Source: an uncultured Candidatus Saccharibacteria bacterium
GTDB lineage: Bacteria; Patescibacteriota; Minisyncoccia; Phycocordibacterales; JAKAEA01
Length of the DNA stretch: 64,000 bases
Assembly (NCBI GenBank): GCA_964577595.1
Contig: CAZNZK010000005.1
Coordinates: forward strand, 10,885 to 74,884
Direction: 5' to 3'
Positions 10,071 through 19,631 of the stretch are shown here, piece by piece. The translations under genes were made by a program, and so were the position numbers. Positions within the stretch are counted from its first letter, which is position 1. Each line of letters opens with the position of its first letter. The notes beneath the pieces were generated by a model. It was not told the DNA's origin, searched no databases, and saw only the letters and a list, made by a program, of their open reading frames with translations.

Positions 10071-11131
10071 AAAAGGGAATTCGTTTTTGTTTTTTTGGTA
10101 TCTATACTCCCGGCTATGCCCGCAATCGGGTTTTTCTCAAGGGTTTGCGGCAAAATGGCGTGAGTGTGGTAGAAATTCGCCTGGATGCCGGCACACGCTG
10201 GCGCTATTTCAAATTGGCCTGGCGGCTTTTTAAAATGCGTCGCTCCTATGACGTGATAGTAGCGGCATTCCCGTCGCCAACAGCGGCTATCGTCGCCCGG
10301 CTCGTTTCCCGGAAGTTTCTTGTTGTTGACGAGTTTTATTCTATGTATGACGCGGTGGTTAATGATAGGAAGGAAATCAGTCGCTGGCACCCGCGGGCTC
10401 TGAAATTGCTAGTGCTCGATTGGCTCAGCTTGCTTTGCGCTGATTTGATTATCACCGACACTGCCGAGCATAAAAAATACTGGGCACTCTGGCTGTGGGC
10501 CAATAGTAAAAAGATGGAAGTGGTGCACATTGGTGCCGAAATTCCTAAGCTCGCCGCTAACCAGCCAAGCTCCGAAGATGGCCGGCTCGTTGTCCATTTT
10601 CACGGTTCCTACGTGCCTCTACAGGGCGTTGAGGCCATTGTCGCGGCCGCGGCGTTGCTTAAAAATGACAATCGATTCGCGTTTCGGCTTATAGGCGATG
10701 GTCAAGATTTTGAGCGGGCTATGGTTATTGCGGAAACGGCCGGCATCAAAAAAGAACTTGAAATTATTCGGCGGATAGATTATGGCACGTTGCTCAACTA
10801 TATTTCCGCGGCTGATATTGTCCTCGGCATTTTCGGCACATCGGAAAAAGCTAAGCGGGTTATTCCCAATAAAGTCTATGAAGGCGCGGCGGCAGGGAAG
10901 CCAATAGTAACCATGGACAGCCGGGCTATTCGCGAAGTTTTTTCGCCCAGCAAAGACATTCTCGTAACAGAACCAACACCCGAAGCTTTGGCCGAGGCCT
11001 TGAAACGCTTGGTTGGCGACCCGCAGTTCCGTCACGCTCTTGGCGCTGCCGCTTTGGCCACCGCTAAAAAATATAGCCCGCAGTGCGTTGCAGAAAAATT
11101 GTATACAATAGTAGAACAAAAAATAAAATGA
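10067..11131 (+). CDS. Glycosyltransferase family 4/1
   Basis: GT-B C-domain (VYEGAAAGKPIVTMDSRAIREVF); ATGA overlap. Confidence 0.65.
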   Translation: MKKGIRFCFFGIYTPGYARNRVFLKGLRQNGVSVVEIRLDAGTRWRYFKLAWRLFKMRRSYDVIVAAFPSPTAAIVARLVSRKFLVVDEFYSMYDAVVNDRKEISRWHPRALKLLVLDWLSLLCADLIITDTAEHKKYWALWLWANSKKMEVVHIGAEIPKLAANQPSSEDGRLVVHFHGSYVPLQGVEAIVAAAALLKNDNRFAFRLIGDGQDFERAMVIAETAGIKKELEIIRRIDYGTLLNYISAADIVLGIFGTSEKAKRVIPNKVYEGAAAGKPIVTMDSRAIREVFSPSKDILVTEPTPEALAEALKRLVGDPQFRHALGAAALATAKKYSPQCVAEKLYTIVEQKIK

Positions 11132-11775
11132 GCGATTTTCTTCGCGACATATACGCCGGCCGCACCGTGTACCGTTTTCTTTTTGATAGGGCTACCAAGC
11201 CACTCCTCAGCGCGCTTACTGGGGAAGTGCTTGATTTGGGTGGCAATCGCCGTTCGCCCTATTACCGTTTTTTCTCGCCGCAGGCGAACGTTACCGCCTC
11301 CAATTATCTTCCTAAAGATGGCGTAGATGTCGTCGTTGATCTTTCTAAAAAATTTCCATTGGCCAGCGAAACCTATGGTGCTGTGCTTTGTTTTAATATG
11401 CTCTATATATTAGCCGATAGGCATACGGCTCTAGTTGAAATGCGGCGTGTCCTAAAACCCGGTGGCCAGCTCATTCTTTCCATGCCATTCATCGCCAATG
11501 AAATGCCTGAGCCCACCGACTATTGCCGGCTCACCGCAGATGGTCTCAAAATAGAGTTAGAACAGGCTGGTTTTTCCGACATAAAAATCACCCGTTTCGG
11601 CGAGCGCTTTACTTCGGCCGCATACTTGCTTCATCCGCTCTATGTTTTCAACACGGTTCGACTTGTTGCTTACGCCGCGGCCTTGTTTTTGGACAAACTC
11701 CTACCAAAATCAATAAAGCGCAATCACCCTACGCCGCTTGGGTATATTGCCGTGGCGAAAAAATCCGCGCTATAG
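11128..11775 (+). CDS. Class I SAM-dependent methyltransferase
   Basis: VLDLGGN motif I and VLKPGGQLILSMPF; ATG at 11128 overlaps the upstream TGA as ATGA. Confidence 0.65.
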   Translation: MSDFLRDIYAGRTVYRFLFDRATKPLLSALTGEVLDLGGNRRSPYYRFFSPQANVTASNYLPKDGVDVVVDLSKKFPLASETYGAVLCFNMLYILADRHTALVEMRRVLKPGGQLILSMPFIANEMPEPTDYCRLTADGLKIELEQAGFSDIKITRFGERFTSAAYLLHPLYVFNTVRLVAYAAALFLDKLLPKSIKRNHPTPLGYIAVAKKSAL

Positions 11776-11884
11776 ACATTTTACTGTATTTGTTGTAGTC
11801 TTGTGATAGATATTCGCGAATAGTTCGTGAGCCCTCTATCGTGGAAAAACGGTATTTTTCGTCCTTTTCCAAAGGAGAATCGCC

Positions 11885-12850
11885 ATGAAAGCGATTGGTT
11901 TGTTTCTTGGTGCGTTGCTTGGTTGTCTAGTTTTGACCGCTTCAGCCAATGCTGCCGCTTATAGCATCACGGATTTAGGCACGCTGGGCGGTTCGTTCAG
12001 CATTGGCAATAACATGAACAGCACTGGTCAAGTTGTTGGTTCATCCATTAATTCTACTGGTGTTGAACACGCTTTCCGGTACTCTGGTGGTTCCATGATC
12101 GACCTGGGAACGCTCGGTGGTACTTACAGCACCGCCCACGGTGTCAATGTTAATGGACAAGTTGTGGGCTTCTCCGCTATTTCTGGTGGTCCTGGTGGTA
12201 CGCAACACGCCTTTCTGTATTCCGGTGGCTCTATGGCAGATCTTGGAACGCTCGGCGGCACCCAAAGCTATGCCAATGGCGTCAATAATGCCGAGCAAGT
12301 AGTTGGTCGCGCTCAAATTGCGAACGGCCTCTACCATCCATTTCTGTACGCGAACGGCTCCATAACTGATTTGGGCACGCTCGGCGGCACTTCCGCAAGT
12401 GCCCAGAGCATCAGTGACGTCGGACAGATCGTCGGCGGTTCGTACACCTCCGGAGGTGTTTACCACGCGTTTCTCTATACAGGTAGCACGATGAGCGATC
12501 TTGGCACGCTCGGCGGCATTTTTGCAAACAGTCAGGCCGACAGTGTGAACAATATCGGTCAGATTGTTGGCGAATCTTACTCCGCCGACGGTAGCATCGT
12601 CCACGCTTTCTTGTATGCCGACGGTTCGATGAAAGATTTGAACGGTCTTGTTGATCCGAGTTCGGGCTGGATGCTTGAGTACGCAAAAGCCGTTAACGAT
12701 GGCGGTCAAATTGCCGGTTATGGTATTAGTCCGTCTGGTACAGCTCATGCGTTCTTGCTCAATCCTGTTCCGGAGCCGACAACGCTCCTGGTTCTCGGGC
12801 TCGGCTCGCTTCTCGTTCTCAGGCGGCGAGGTTCATCAGTCTCAAATTGA
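11885..12850 (+). CDS. Secreted HAF-repeat protein with C-terminal PEP-CTERM sorting signal
   Basis: Signal peptide, then six repeats of ~44 aa (DLGTLGG...QVVG...HAFLY), then VPEPTTLLVLGLGSLLVLRRR (PEP motif, TM helix, Arg cluster). AAGGAG RBS 7 nt upstream of the ATG. Confidence 0.85.
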   Translation: MKAIGLFLGALLGCLVLTASANAAAYSITDLGTLGGSFSIGNNMNSTGQVVGSSINSTGVEHAFRYSGGSMIDLGTLGGTYSTAHGVNVNGQVVGFSAISGGPGGTQHAFLYSGGSMADLGTLGGTQSYANGVNNAEQVVGRAQIANGLYHPFLYANGSITDLGTLGGTSASAQSISDVGQIVGGSYTSGGVYHAFLYTGSTMSDLGTLGGIFANSQADSVNNIGQIVGESYSADGSIVHAFLYADGSMKDLNGLVDPSSGWMLEYAKAVNDGGQIAGYGISPSGTAHAFLLNPVPEPTTLLVLGLGSLLVLRRRGSSVSN

Positions 12851-12856
12851 ACAACA

Positions 12857-12884
12857 GCCGGTGGCAACCCCACCGGCTTTTTTC
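12857..12884 (+). terminator. Rho-independent terminator after the HAF/PEP-CTERM gene
   Basis: gccggtgg-caacc-ccaccggc hairpin followed by TTTTTT. Confidence 0.7.
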
Positions 12885-12946
12885 TTGTAATGATGTCATT
12901 TTTCGAGTAATATTGAAGTACTTTATTATTAGCGATTCTCACTTTT

Positions 12947-13828
12947 ATGGCTGACATTACTACTCTTGAGACGCCGTATGGCACGTTTGCTGTTGACCCT
13001 GCGCGAGACATGAAGGTATTGCGCCAAATGCAAGAATATGGTCACCATCAGTTATTTTCCATCAATCTCCTGAAATTGTTTGCCGATAGTAATTCTGTGG
13101 CGATGGACGTTGGCGCACACATAGGTACGTTTTCAATACCGTTGGCGCGCTGGTTTAAGAAGGTGATTGCTTTCGAGCCGTCACCAGAGACGCATGCTCT
13201 TCTTGTAAAAAATATCGCCCTAAACCGGCTCACCAATGTCGCCTCGCCGCAAAAAGGTCTCGGTTCTGTCGCTGGTCATGCCAGCCTAGGCACGATTTTT
13301 AGTGGCAATGCTGGTGGGCAGGCCTTACGGATAGGGGAAGGCTCTATAACTGTCTCTACGCTTGATACTGAATATCAGGAAAAAGAGCCGTTGTGTTTGA
13401 TGAAAATAGATGTTGAAGGAATGGAACTCGACGTATTTAAGGGTGGCGTAAAAACAATCGAATCGTCACGACCAGTGATTTTATTTGAAATAAATCTTCG
13501 CGAAATGAAAGCCCATAATAATTCGCCGAAAGCTATTGCCGTTTTTTTTGCTTCTCGAAATTATAAGATTTTTTATCCTTTTGAACGCTCCGGAAAAGTA
13601 TGTTTCGGGAAGATACCAAGTTTGTCTTTAGTTTTGAGTGTTGTTACGCCCCGTTCATTTTTCTTTAATGGGCCATCAATGCCTTTTGATGTGTTGGCCA
13701 TTCCACGCGAGCGGGCTGTACCCGCGCAAACGAAGGTTGTTTCGCGAACAGCACTCGTACTCTATCTTTTCCAGCTTAATATTTCCAATAAGATTCAGCG
13801 ATTTTTGTGTTTATTTAAAAAACCATAA
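12947..13828 (+). CDS. FkbM-family methyltransferase
   Basis: AMDVGAHIGTFSIPLARWF motif; second FkbM paralog in the cluster. Confidence 0.65.
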   Translation: MADITTLETPYGTFAVDPARDMKVLRQMQEYGHHQLFSINLLKLFADSNSVAMDVGAHIGTFSIPLARWFKKVIAFEPSPETHALLVKNIALNRLTNVASPQKGLGSVAGHASLGTIFSGNAGGQALRIGEGSITVSTLDTEYQEKEPLCLMKIDVEGMELDVFKGGVKTIESSRPVILFEINLREMKAHNNSPKAIAVFFASRNYKIFYPFERSGKVCFGKIPSLSLVLSVVTPRSFFFNGPSMPFDVLAIPRERAVPAQTKVVSRTALVLYLFQLNISNKIQRFLCLFKKP

Positions 13829-13833
13829 ATTTA

Positions 13834-14892
13834 ATGGTCAGCGCTTCTTCTCAGAAGAAAACCCTTAAGCCCATTCTGTGGATGTCCTTCGGGCCGATAG
13901 GCGACACGATGATGATGGTGGCCTTTTTTGACGACATTCTGCGCGTGCGGCCGGACGCCACTTTTACCGTGCTCACCAGCCGCAATGCGGCCGTGATTCG
14001 CGACCTGTGCCGGGCATACCCCTCCATAACGGTAGTAGAAATTCCTTCGCGTCTCGCAGCCGTGCCAGCGTTTCTGTTCAATATTTTCCGCAAGCGCTGG
14101 ATAGTACTCATGCCGGGCGTGGCGCACTATTATTCCACCCAGCTGAAAATTTTCTTTTTAGTGCTCTATTGTTTTCCGTGGATAACTTCCATCGGCTTCG
14201 GCGATATCCGGAAGCGCTTTGGCTGGCTGCCATTTCATACGGTTCTGCATTTTGATTTGTCGCGCACGGTGCTTCAAAATTATCGCCGGATGGCTCCTTA
14301 CTTTTTAGGCACGCCGATTCCACCCGAGCAGCTGCTTACGGCGAAGCTCGCCTTAAAAGCGCCCGCGAATTTTTCTCTCAAGAAGGGCGCTTATGTGGTT
14401 ATTCATATGTTTGGCAATAAGCGGCGGCTTTCGTTTCCCGACAGACGCTGGCGCGCGCTTACTATAGAATTAACGAAGCGCTACCCCAATTACCAGTTTG
14501 TATTTACCGGCGCGCCCAAGGACGCGCCCGCCATGGAGATAATCACCAAAGATATTCCGCGCACCACAATGCTCGTTGATTTGCCGATTTTGGAAGTCGC
14601 CTCCATTATTGATTCGGCCGCGCTTTATATTGGCGTGGATACGGGCATTACCCATTTGGCCGGCGTGATGAAAAAGAAAAGCGTGCTGGTGGAGAATAAT
14701 TCCAACCCGCTCTGGTGGCCTTCCTATAATCCCAATGCCACTATTTTGGTTAACAACAAGCGCTGTATTTGCAAAGGCGACAAAACCGACCAGTGTCGCG
14801 TGCTTGATGAAGACGGCACAAATTATTATCGTTGCACCTACGACATTACCGACCAGGCGGTTTTAGACGCCGTAGCCGCCGTTCTGAAATAA
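13834..14892 (+). CDS. Glycosyltransferase family 9 (heptosyltransferase-like)
   Basis: C-terminal VDTGITHLAGVM motif matches the GT9 DSGxxHxAAA signature. Confidence 0.6.
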   Translation: MVSASSQKKTLKPILWMSFGPIGDTMMMVAFFDDILRVRPDATFTVLTSRNAAVIRDLCRAYPSITVVEIPSRLAAVPAFLFNIFRKRWIVLMPGVAHYYSTQLKIFFLVLYCFPWITSIGFGDIRKRFGWLPFHTVLHFDLSRTVLQNYRRMAPYFLGTPIPPEQLLTAKLALKAPANFSLKKGAYVVIHMFGNKRRLSFPDRRWRALTIELTKRYPNYQFVFTGAPKDAPAMEIITKDIPRTTMLVDLPILEVASIIDSAALYIGVDTGITHLAGVMKKKSVLVENNSNPLWWPSYNPNATILVNNKRCICKGDKTDQCRVLDEDGTNYYRCTYDITDQAVLDAVAAVLK

Positions 14893-14910
14893 AATTTCAT
14901 ACAAAATTCC

Positions 14911-16023
14911 ATGCGCCTTATTTATTTAACCGGTCTCAACTATCCTTCAGCAATTGCTAATAACCAGCAGGTGATGGTGATGGCTGGGGAATTTCATACA
15001 ATTCTCGGTACTGGCGATTTTACGTTGATAGTGAACGCTTCGCGAACAGCGGGGGAATTTGCTGGTTTTCAGCCGGTGACTATTGGTTGCGGTTGGAAAC
15101 ACTTTCGTTTGTTCTACAGTGCCTGGTGGTTTTTCCGGCATGCAAAAGCACTTGTTAATGGCCGCCCCGATGTGGTGGTTTATACCAAAGATCCATATTT
15201 TTGCCTCATCAGTATTTTCTTCAAAAAAATCTTCGGCTACAAAGTAGTGTTTGAATCACACCTTTTATTTTCGCCGATGGTTGATTGGTTCATTGCTCGC
15301 TATGCCGACGCGATTCTCGTGCTGACCTCGCATTTGAAAACTGATCTAGTGGCGAAGGGTGCCTCGGCGCAGAAAATCGCCGTTGTTCCCGACGCTGTTG
15401 ATGTGGCAAAATTCAACCTCAATATTTCTGTTGCCGAAGCTCGGCAGAAATTACACCTGCCACTTGATAAAAAACTCGTCATGTATAGCGGAAGCCTCTA
15501 TGTGCATGAATGGAAAGGCGTGCCGGTGCTGTGCGAAGCCGTCCAGCTTCTACCGCCGGAATACTTAGTAGTGCTTCTGGGCGCTCGCAATGAGGCCGAG
15601 AAAAAACGGGCCGAAGAAGCCGGGAAGGGTAGGGTGCTGGTGGTGGAGCGAAAGACGCACACTGAAATTCCGCTCTATTTACAGGCCGCCGATGCACTCG
15701 TTTTGCCCAACACTCGCGGTAATGCCAATTCGGAAAAGTACACCTCGCCGCTGAAACTTTTTGAATATATGGCCGCCCGCCGGCCCATCGTCGCTTCCGA
15801 CTTACCTTCCATTCGCGAAGTGCTTTCTGAAAAGAATAGTTTTTTGGCCGAGCCTGGCTCAGCGCCGAGCCTGGCAAAAGCAATCGTTGCGGCCACAAAT
15901 AATTCTGGCACCGATTCTGGCCGTATTGTTGACCAGGCCTGGAACGATGTGAAAGACAAAACCTGGCATGCTCGCGCCGAAGACATCCTGGCTTTTATGC
16001 GCACAGCGATTACAATGAAATAA
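14911..16023 (+). CDS. Glycosyltransferase family 4
   Basis: GT-B C-domain LFEYMAARRPIVASDLPSIREVL. Confidence 0.7.
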   Translation: MRLIYLTGLNYPSAIANNQQVMVMAGEFHTILGTGDFTLIVNASRTAGEFAGFQPVTIGCGWKHFRLFYSAWWFFRHAKALVNGRPDVVVYTKDPYFCLISIFFKKIFGYKVVFESHLLFSPMVDWFIARYADAILVLTSHLKTDLVAKGASAQKIAVVPDAVDVAKFNLNISVAEARQKLHLPLDKKLVMYSGSLYVHEWKGVPVLCEAVQLLPPEYLVVLLGARNEAEKKRAEEAGKGRVLVVERKTHTEIPLYLQAADALVLPNTRGNANSEKYTSPLKLFEYMAARRPIVASDLPSIREVLSEKNSFLAEPGSAPSLAKAIVAATNNSGTDSGRIVDQAWNDVKDKTWHARAEDILAFMRTAITMK

Positions 16024-16033
16024 CAGTAAAACA

Positions 16034-16663
16034 ATGGCAAAAATTAGAGATTTCCTGACCGGCAAATTAACCCGCATCCCTTTGGACGCTTTCGTAAAGC
16101 GGCATGCTTCCGACGCCTACACTCTGGATGTCGGCTGTTCGCATTCGCCCTATTCGCAGTTTTTCAAAAACCGCGTCGGCTTTGACATCGCCCCCGGCCC
16201 AGGCGTTGATGTGGTTGGCGACGCCCATGCTATGCCTTTTGCCGCCAACACTTTTGACCTCATTGTGGCTACAGAAGTATTGGAGCACCTCCACTCGCCC
16301 TGGCTGGCCGTTGCCGAAATGCACCGCGTCCTCAAAAAAGGTGGCCATCTCCTCCTCACCACTCGCTTTTTTCAAGTTATCCACGATGCGCCGCACGATT
16401 ATTATCGCTACACCGAATACGGCTTGCGCTACTTGCTGGCCGATTTCAATATTGTTGAGCTTGATGAAGAATTTCCGCCCAAAAATACCATTGCCATGCT
16501 CATCCAACGCGCTGGTCTCAATAAAAATCTTCGGGGTGGCATTCTCGCTCGCGGCTTTTTCCTGGTATTGGCCCGATGTGTCTATGCTCTACCGACATTT
16601 TCTCGCCGCAAAACCGGTCATGCTTTCACTTCCGGCTACTACGTCTTCGCCGCCAAAAAATAG
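16034..16663 (+). CDS. Class I SAM-dependent methyltransferase
   Basis: LDVGCSHSPYS motif I and ATEVLEHLHSP. Confidence 0.7.
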   Translation: MAKIRDFLTGKLTRIPLDAFVKRHASDAYTLDVGCSHSPYSQFFKNRVGFDIAPGPGVDVVGDAHAMPFAANTFDLIVATEVLEHLHSPWLAVAEMHRVLKKGGHLLLTTRFFQVIHDAPHDYYRYTEYGLRYLLADFNIVELDEEFPPKNTIAMLIQRAGLNKNLRGGILARGFFLVLARCVYALPTFSRRKTGHAFTSGYYVFAAKK

Positions 16664-16684
16664 GCGAAATACCGAAAGGCAACC

Positions 16685-17863
16685 ATGTTCAAAAAAACCA
16701 GAGATACGATTAAAAATTACAGCCTGCTTGCTCTCTGTTTTTGCTACGCCCTTGTTCGCGGTTCCGCCAAAAAGCTCGGCACGGAAGTCAACAATATTCT
16801 CATCGTCCACGACGCTAAAATGGGGGATATGGTTTGCCTTACGCCCACCATTCGCGCCGCAAAGCAGGCCCGCCCGCAAGCGCGGGTGTTTGTGTACGGG
16901 AACGCTATTGGCCGGGCTATTCTCGCCGGGAACCAGGCGGTCGGCGGCTATATAGAGAGTAACCAGAACATGTTTGCGCTCATTAAAAGTTTTCGCCAAA
17001 ACAACATTGACTACGTCGCCATCGCCGCGCCCGACTTTCGCGCCGCCGCCATTGCTTTTTTAGCCGGCATCAAAACCATTTGTTGTTCCAACGTTGAAGG
17101 CGGTTTTTCTCCCTGGGAAACCGCGGCCTATGGCTTGCTCAAAAAACTGACGTTCCAGTATCCTCTGCGTATGAATTTTTACGCTCCCGCCGAATATCTC
17201 GGGGCTCTCGCGCCCTTGGGGAGCACTACAAATGCCGCGGGTATTACTAGTGCCGCAAGCTTCACCGACACGCGCAAAGAGCTCTACTATTCCCCGCAAG
17301 CCGCCGAGCGTATTAAGCAGTTTTTCGCCGAGCACCACCTTACTCCGAAAAAAGATTTCATTGTCGCTATTTCTCCCTCGGCAGGCAATAAAATAAAGAA
17401 TTGGCCGGGCGAGCGCTTTGCCGAAGTGGCCGCCTATGCCCATAAAAAGCACAATGCAAAAATCATCATCATCGGTAGCCGCGTAGACGGGCCTGAAGTT
17501 GAGGGAATGCTCCGCCACATGGCTCCGGGCGTGCCCCTTATAAACACCCTCAACCTCTTTTCAATTGACGAGCTCAAAGCTTTTCTTTCGCAAGTAAGCC
17601 TCTTGGTGGCCGTGGACACTGGGCCCATTTACATTGCCGAAGCTTTTGGTGTGCCGACCATTGATATCATTGGCCCCGTCAGTGAGAAGGAACAGCCGCC
17701 CATTTCCGCCATCCACAAAATTGTTTTTCTGCGCGACAGAAAAGCGCCTGCTGTGCATATCATGAACGCCCGCATCTACGACTCCGCCGAAGCCCGCCGC
17801 CAAGTTGAGGGGATTACTGTGGCGATGGTTGAGGAGGTTTTGGAGGAGGTGGTGGGGAAGTAG
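16685..17863 (+). CDS. Glycosyltransferase family 9 (heptosyltransferase-like), second copy
   Basis: VDTGPIYIAEAFGVPTIDIIGP GT9 signature. Confidence 0.6.
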   Translation: MFKKTRDTIKNYSLLALCFCYALVRGSAKKLGTEVNNILIVHDAKMGDMVCLTPTIRAAKQARPQARVFVYGNAIGRAILAGNQAVGGYIESNQNMFALIKSFRQNNIDYVAIAAPDFRAAAIAFLAGIKTICCSNVEGGFSPWETAAYGLLKKLTFQYPLRMNFYAPAEYLGALAPLGSTTNAAGITSAASFTDTRKELYYSPQAAERIKQFFAEHHLTPKKDFIVAISPSAGNKIKNWPGERFAEVAAYAHKKHNAKIIIIGSRVDGPEVEGMLRHMAPGVPLINTLNLFSIDELKAFLSQVSLLVAVDTGPIYIAEAFGVPTIDIIGPVSEKEQPPISAIHKIVFLRDRKAPAVHIMNARIYDSAEARRQVEGITVAMVEEVLEEVVGK

Positions 17864-17890
17864 TTTATTGACTGGTGGATAAAATTATTG

Positions 17891-17918
17891 TTGAAAAATG
17901 CTCAGGTGGTATTATAGA
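17891..17918 (+). promoter_or_regulatory. Weak sigma70-like promoter candidate (TTGAAA-16-TATAGA)
   Basis: Hexamers read from the sequence upstream of the ATG at 17948; weak match. Confidence 0.25.
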
Positions 17919-17947
17919 GTGAACTTTAATCATTTCTTATTAATAAT

Positions 17948-19609
17948 ATGCCTGATCAAAACCTGCTCAACTACATTAAAACCGCGCTCGCGCAAGGTAA
18001 GAGTCGCCAGGAAATTACGGCCACGCTTATGGCTCAAGGCGGTTGGACCCAGGCGGATATAGATGCTGTTTTTGCGACCTTGCCGCCAGTGCCGCCGTCA
18101 GCCCCAACGAATCCACAGGTTCCGTCATTCAAGCCGCAAGGAAGTGTGCCGCCGCTTTCGCCAATGAACGTATATACGGTTCCTGGTGCTGGTCAAAACT
18201 ATCGGCCGCAAAATTCTGGCTCGCACTGGCTTCTCGGCTTGATTACTTTAGCTGTCGCCTTGGTGGGTACGTATTTTAGTTGGTACGTATTGATCGGTAA
18301 TTCAACTGTGGCGTTATGGATTGCTGGTAGCATGGATGCTATTCTGCTTTTTGAAATTTTGTTTATTTGGATTATTGCCGCGCTTTTTCGGGTTCCCAAT
18401 AACTCATTTTCCAAGCCCTTACTGATTGGTGGTGTTCTTGGGGTGATGTATATTCCTGTGCTTTTCCTGTATTACAACGTTCCTGTTTTCTCTAGTATAG
18501 CGGGCGTTGTTGAATTTATCATCTATATCGTACTCTTGGTTAAGATATATGGGATTTCCATTGGCAAAAGTATTGGTATTGCTGTTGTTGCCGGTATTCC
18601 TACTATGATTGTTGCTGGGGTTATCGTCATGGCTTTGTTGTTTAAAGGACTCTTTTCTCTTGTTACGGTTGCTGAAAACTATAACGCGCAAAATGCGCAG
18701 ATACAAAATTCTTCGGCATCAAGCGTTATGATTGATTCAGATTCGCTTACTACCTCATCCGCGTTCCCGACAATTACCGGTATGACCGCTAATTTATCAT
18801 CAGTAAGCGTTGATGTGGATGGTTTTGTTCCAGCAAAGGGTGGTACTGTCGCCCTTTATGATGGCACGGTTCCTGTCGTAAATGGTGCGTGGTCTTTCAC
18901 AGTATCAGCATCAAATGCCGCCTTCGGCGGACCCCAAGGACTTGCGCCGGGGAACTATACTGTTGTTGTTGGAGCAACAGAAGCGGCGGCGCTTGCTAGT
19001 AGCACCCTCACTGTTTCAAACGGTTCGCAAATGCCGGCTACTAGTGTTGCGGGTATGCAGCAATACTCCGTGCCAGCGTGGCCGTTTACTATTTCCTATC
19101 CATCCGATTTTGCGCCTACCGATACCCTAACTACCGCGCAACAAAATTCAGTTGCTTCATATATGGGAACATGTTCTGTGGGGCCTGCCGGTCATTCTAA
19201 TGATGTTGCTCAAGTTCAGCTTTGCTACATTGGCACGCAAAAACCCGATGGCTTTGCGTCTGCAGGCGTAAATATTATGCCAAACCATGCTATAAGCGCG
19301 CAGGATTGCCAGAAACCGGAAGACAGCGGTAATACTTCATCATTGGCTTCACAAACAGCTACCATTAATGGCGCTACATTTTACGAAAACACATTCAGCG
19401 ACGCGGCCCTCGGCCACTATCTGTCAATCGATTCGTACCGGACATACCAAGGCGGCACGTGCTATACGGTAGACTTAAAATTTGAAACTGACCGAGGCAC
19501 ATCTGAAAAAGGGCTTAATGACCCTAGTTTTGCCGCGACAATGCAGGCGAAGTTGAAAGCAATTCTCTCTACGATTACATTTTCGCAGAATTCTGCAACT
19601 ATAAATTAA
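17948..19609 (+). CDS. Hypothetical membrane/surface protein with extracellular Ig-like region
   Basis: Soluble N-domain, a cluster of TM helices, then a Ser/Thr/Ala-rich extracellular region with a beta-rich segment. Confidence 0.5.
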   Translation: MPDQNLLNYIKTALAQGKSRQEITATLMAQGGWTQADIDAVFATLPPVPPSAPTNPQVPSFKPQGSVPPLSPMNVYTVPGAGQNYRPQNSGSHWLLGLITLAVALVGTYFSWYVLIGNSTVALWIAGSMDAILLFEILFIWIIAALFRVPNNSFSKPLLIGGVLGVMYIPVLFLYYNVPVFSSIAGVVEFIIYIVLLVKIYGISIGKSIGIAVVAGIPTMIVAGVIVMALLFKGLFSLVTVAENYNAQNAQIQNSSASSVMIDSDSLTTSSAFPTITGMTANLSSVSVDVDGFVPAKGGTVALYDGTVPVVNGAWSFTVSASNAAFGGPQGLAPGNYTVVVGATEAAALASSTLTVSNGSQMPATSVAGMQQYSVPAWPFTISYPSDFAPTDTLTTAQQNSVASYMGTCSVGPAGHSNDVAQVQLCYIGTQKPDGFASAGVNIMPNHAISAQDCQKPEDSGNTSSLASQTATINGATFYENTFSDAALGHYLSIDSYRTYQGGTCYTVDLKFETDRGTSEKGLNDPSFAATMQAKLKAILSTITFSQNSATIN

Positions 19610-19631
19610 ATCAGTATTATATTTCACCCTC

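Noticed and set aside
12041-12748. 235-aa minus-strand ORF
   Set aside because: It is the mirror ORF of the repeat-rich HAF/PEP-CTERM gene. The plus-strand gene has a signal peptide, repeats, an RBS and a terminator, whereas the antisense ORF has none of these.
16104-16955. 283-aa plus-strand ORF overlapping methyltransferase and GT9 genes out of frame
   Set aside because: It is a low-complexity Pro/Ser/Thr-rich translation spanning two confidently called in-frame genes.
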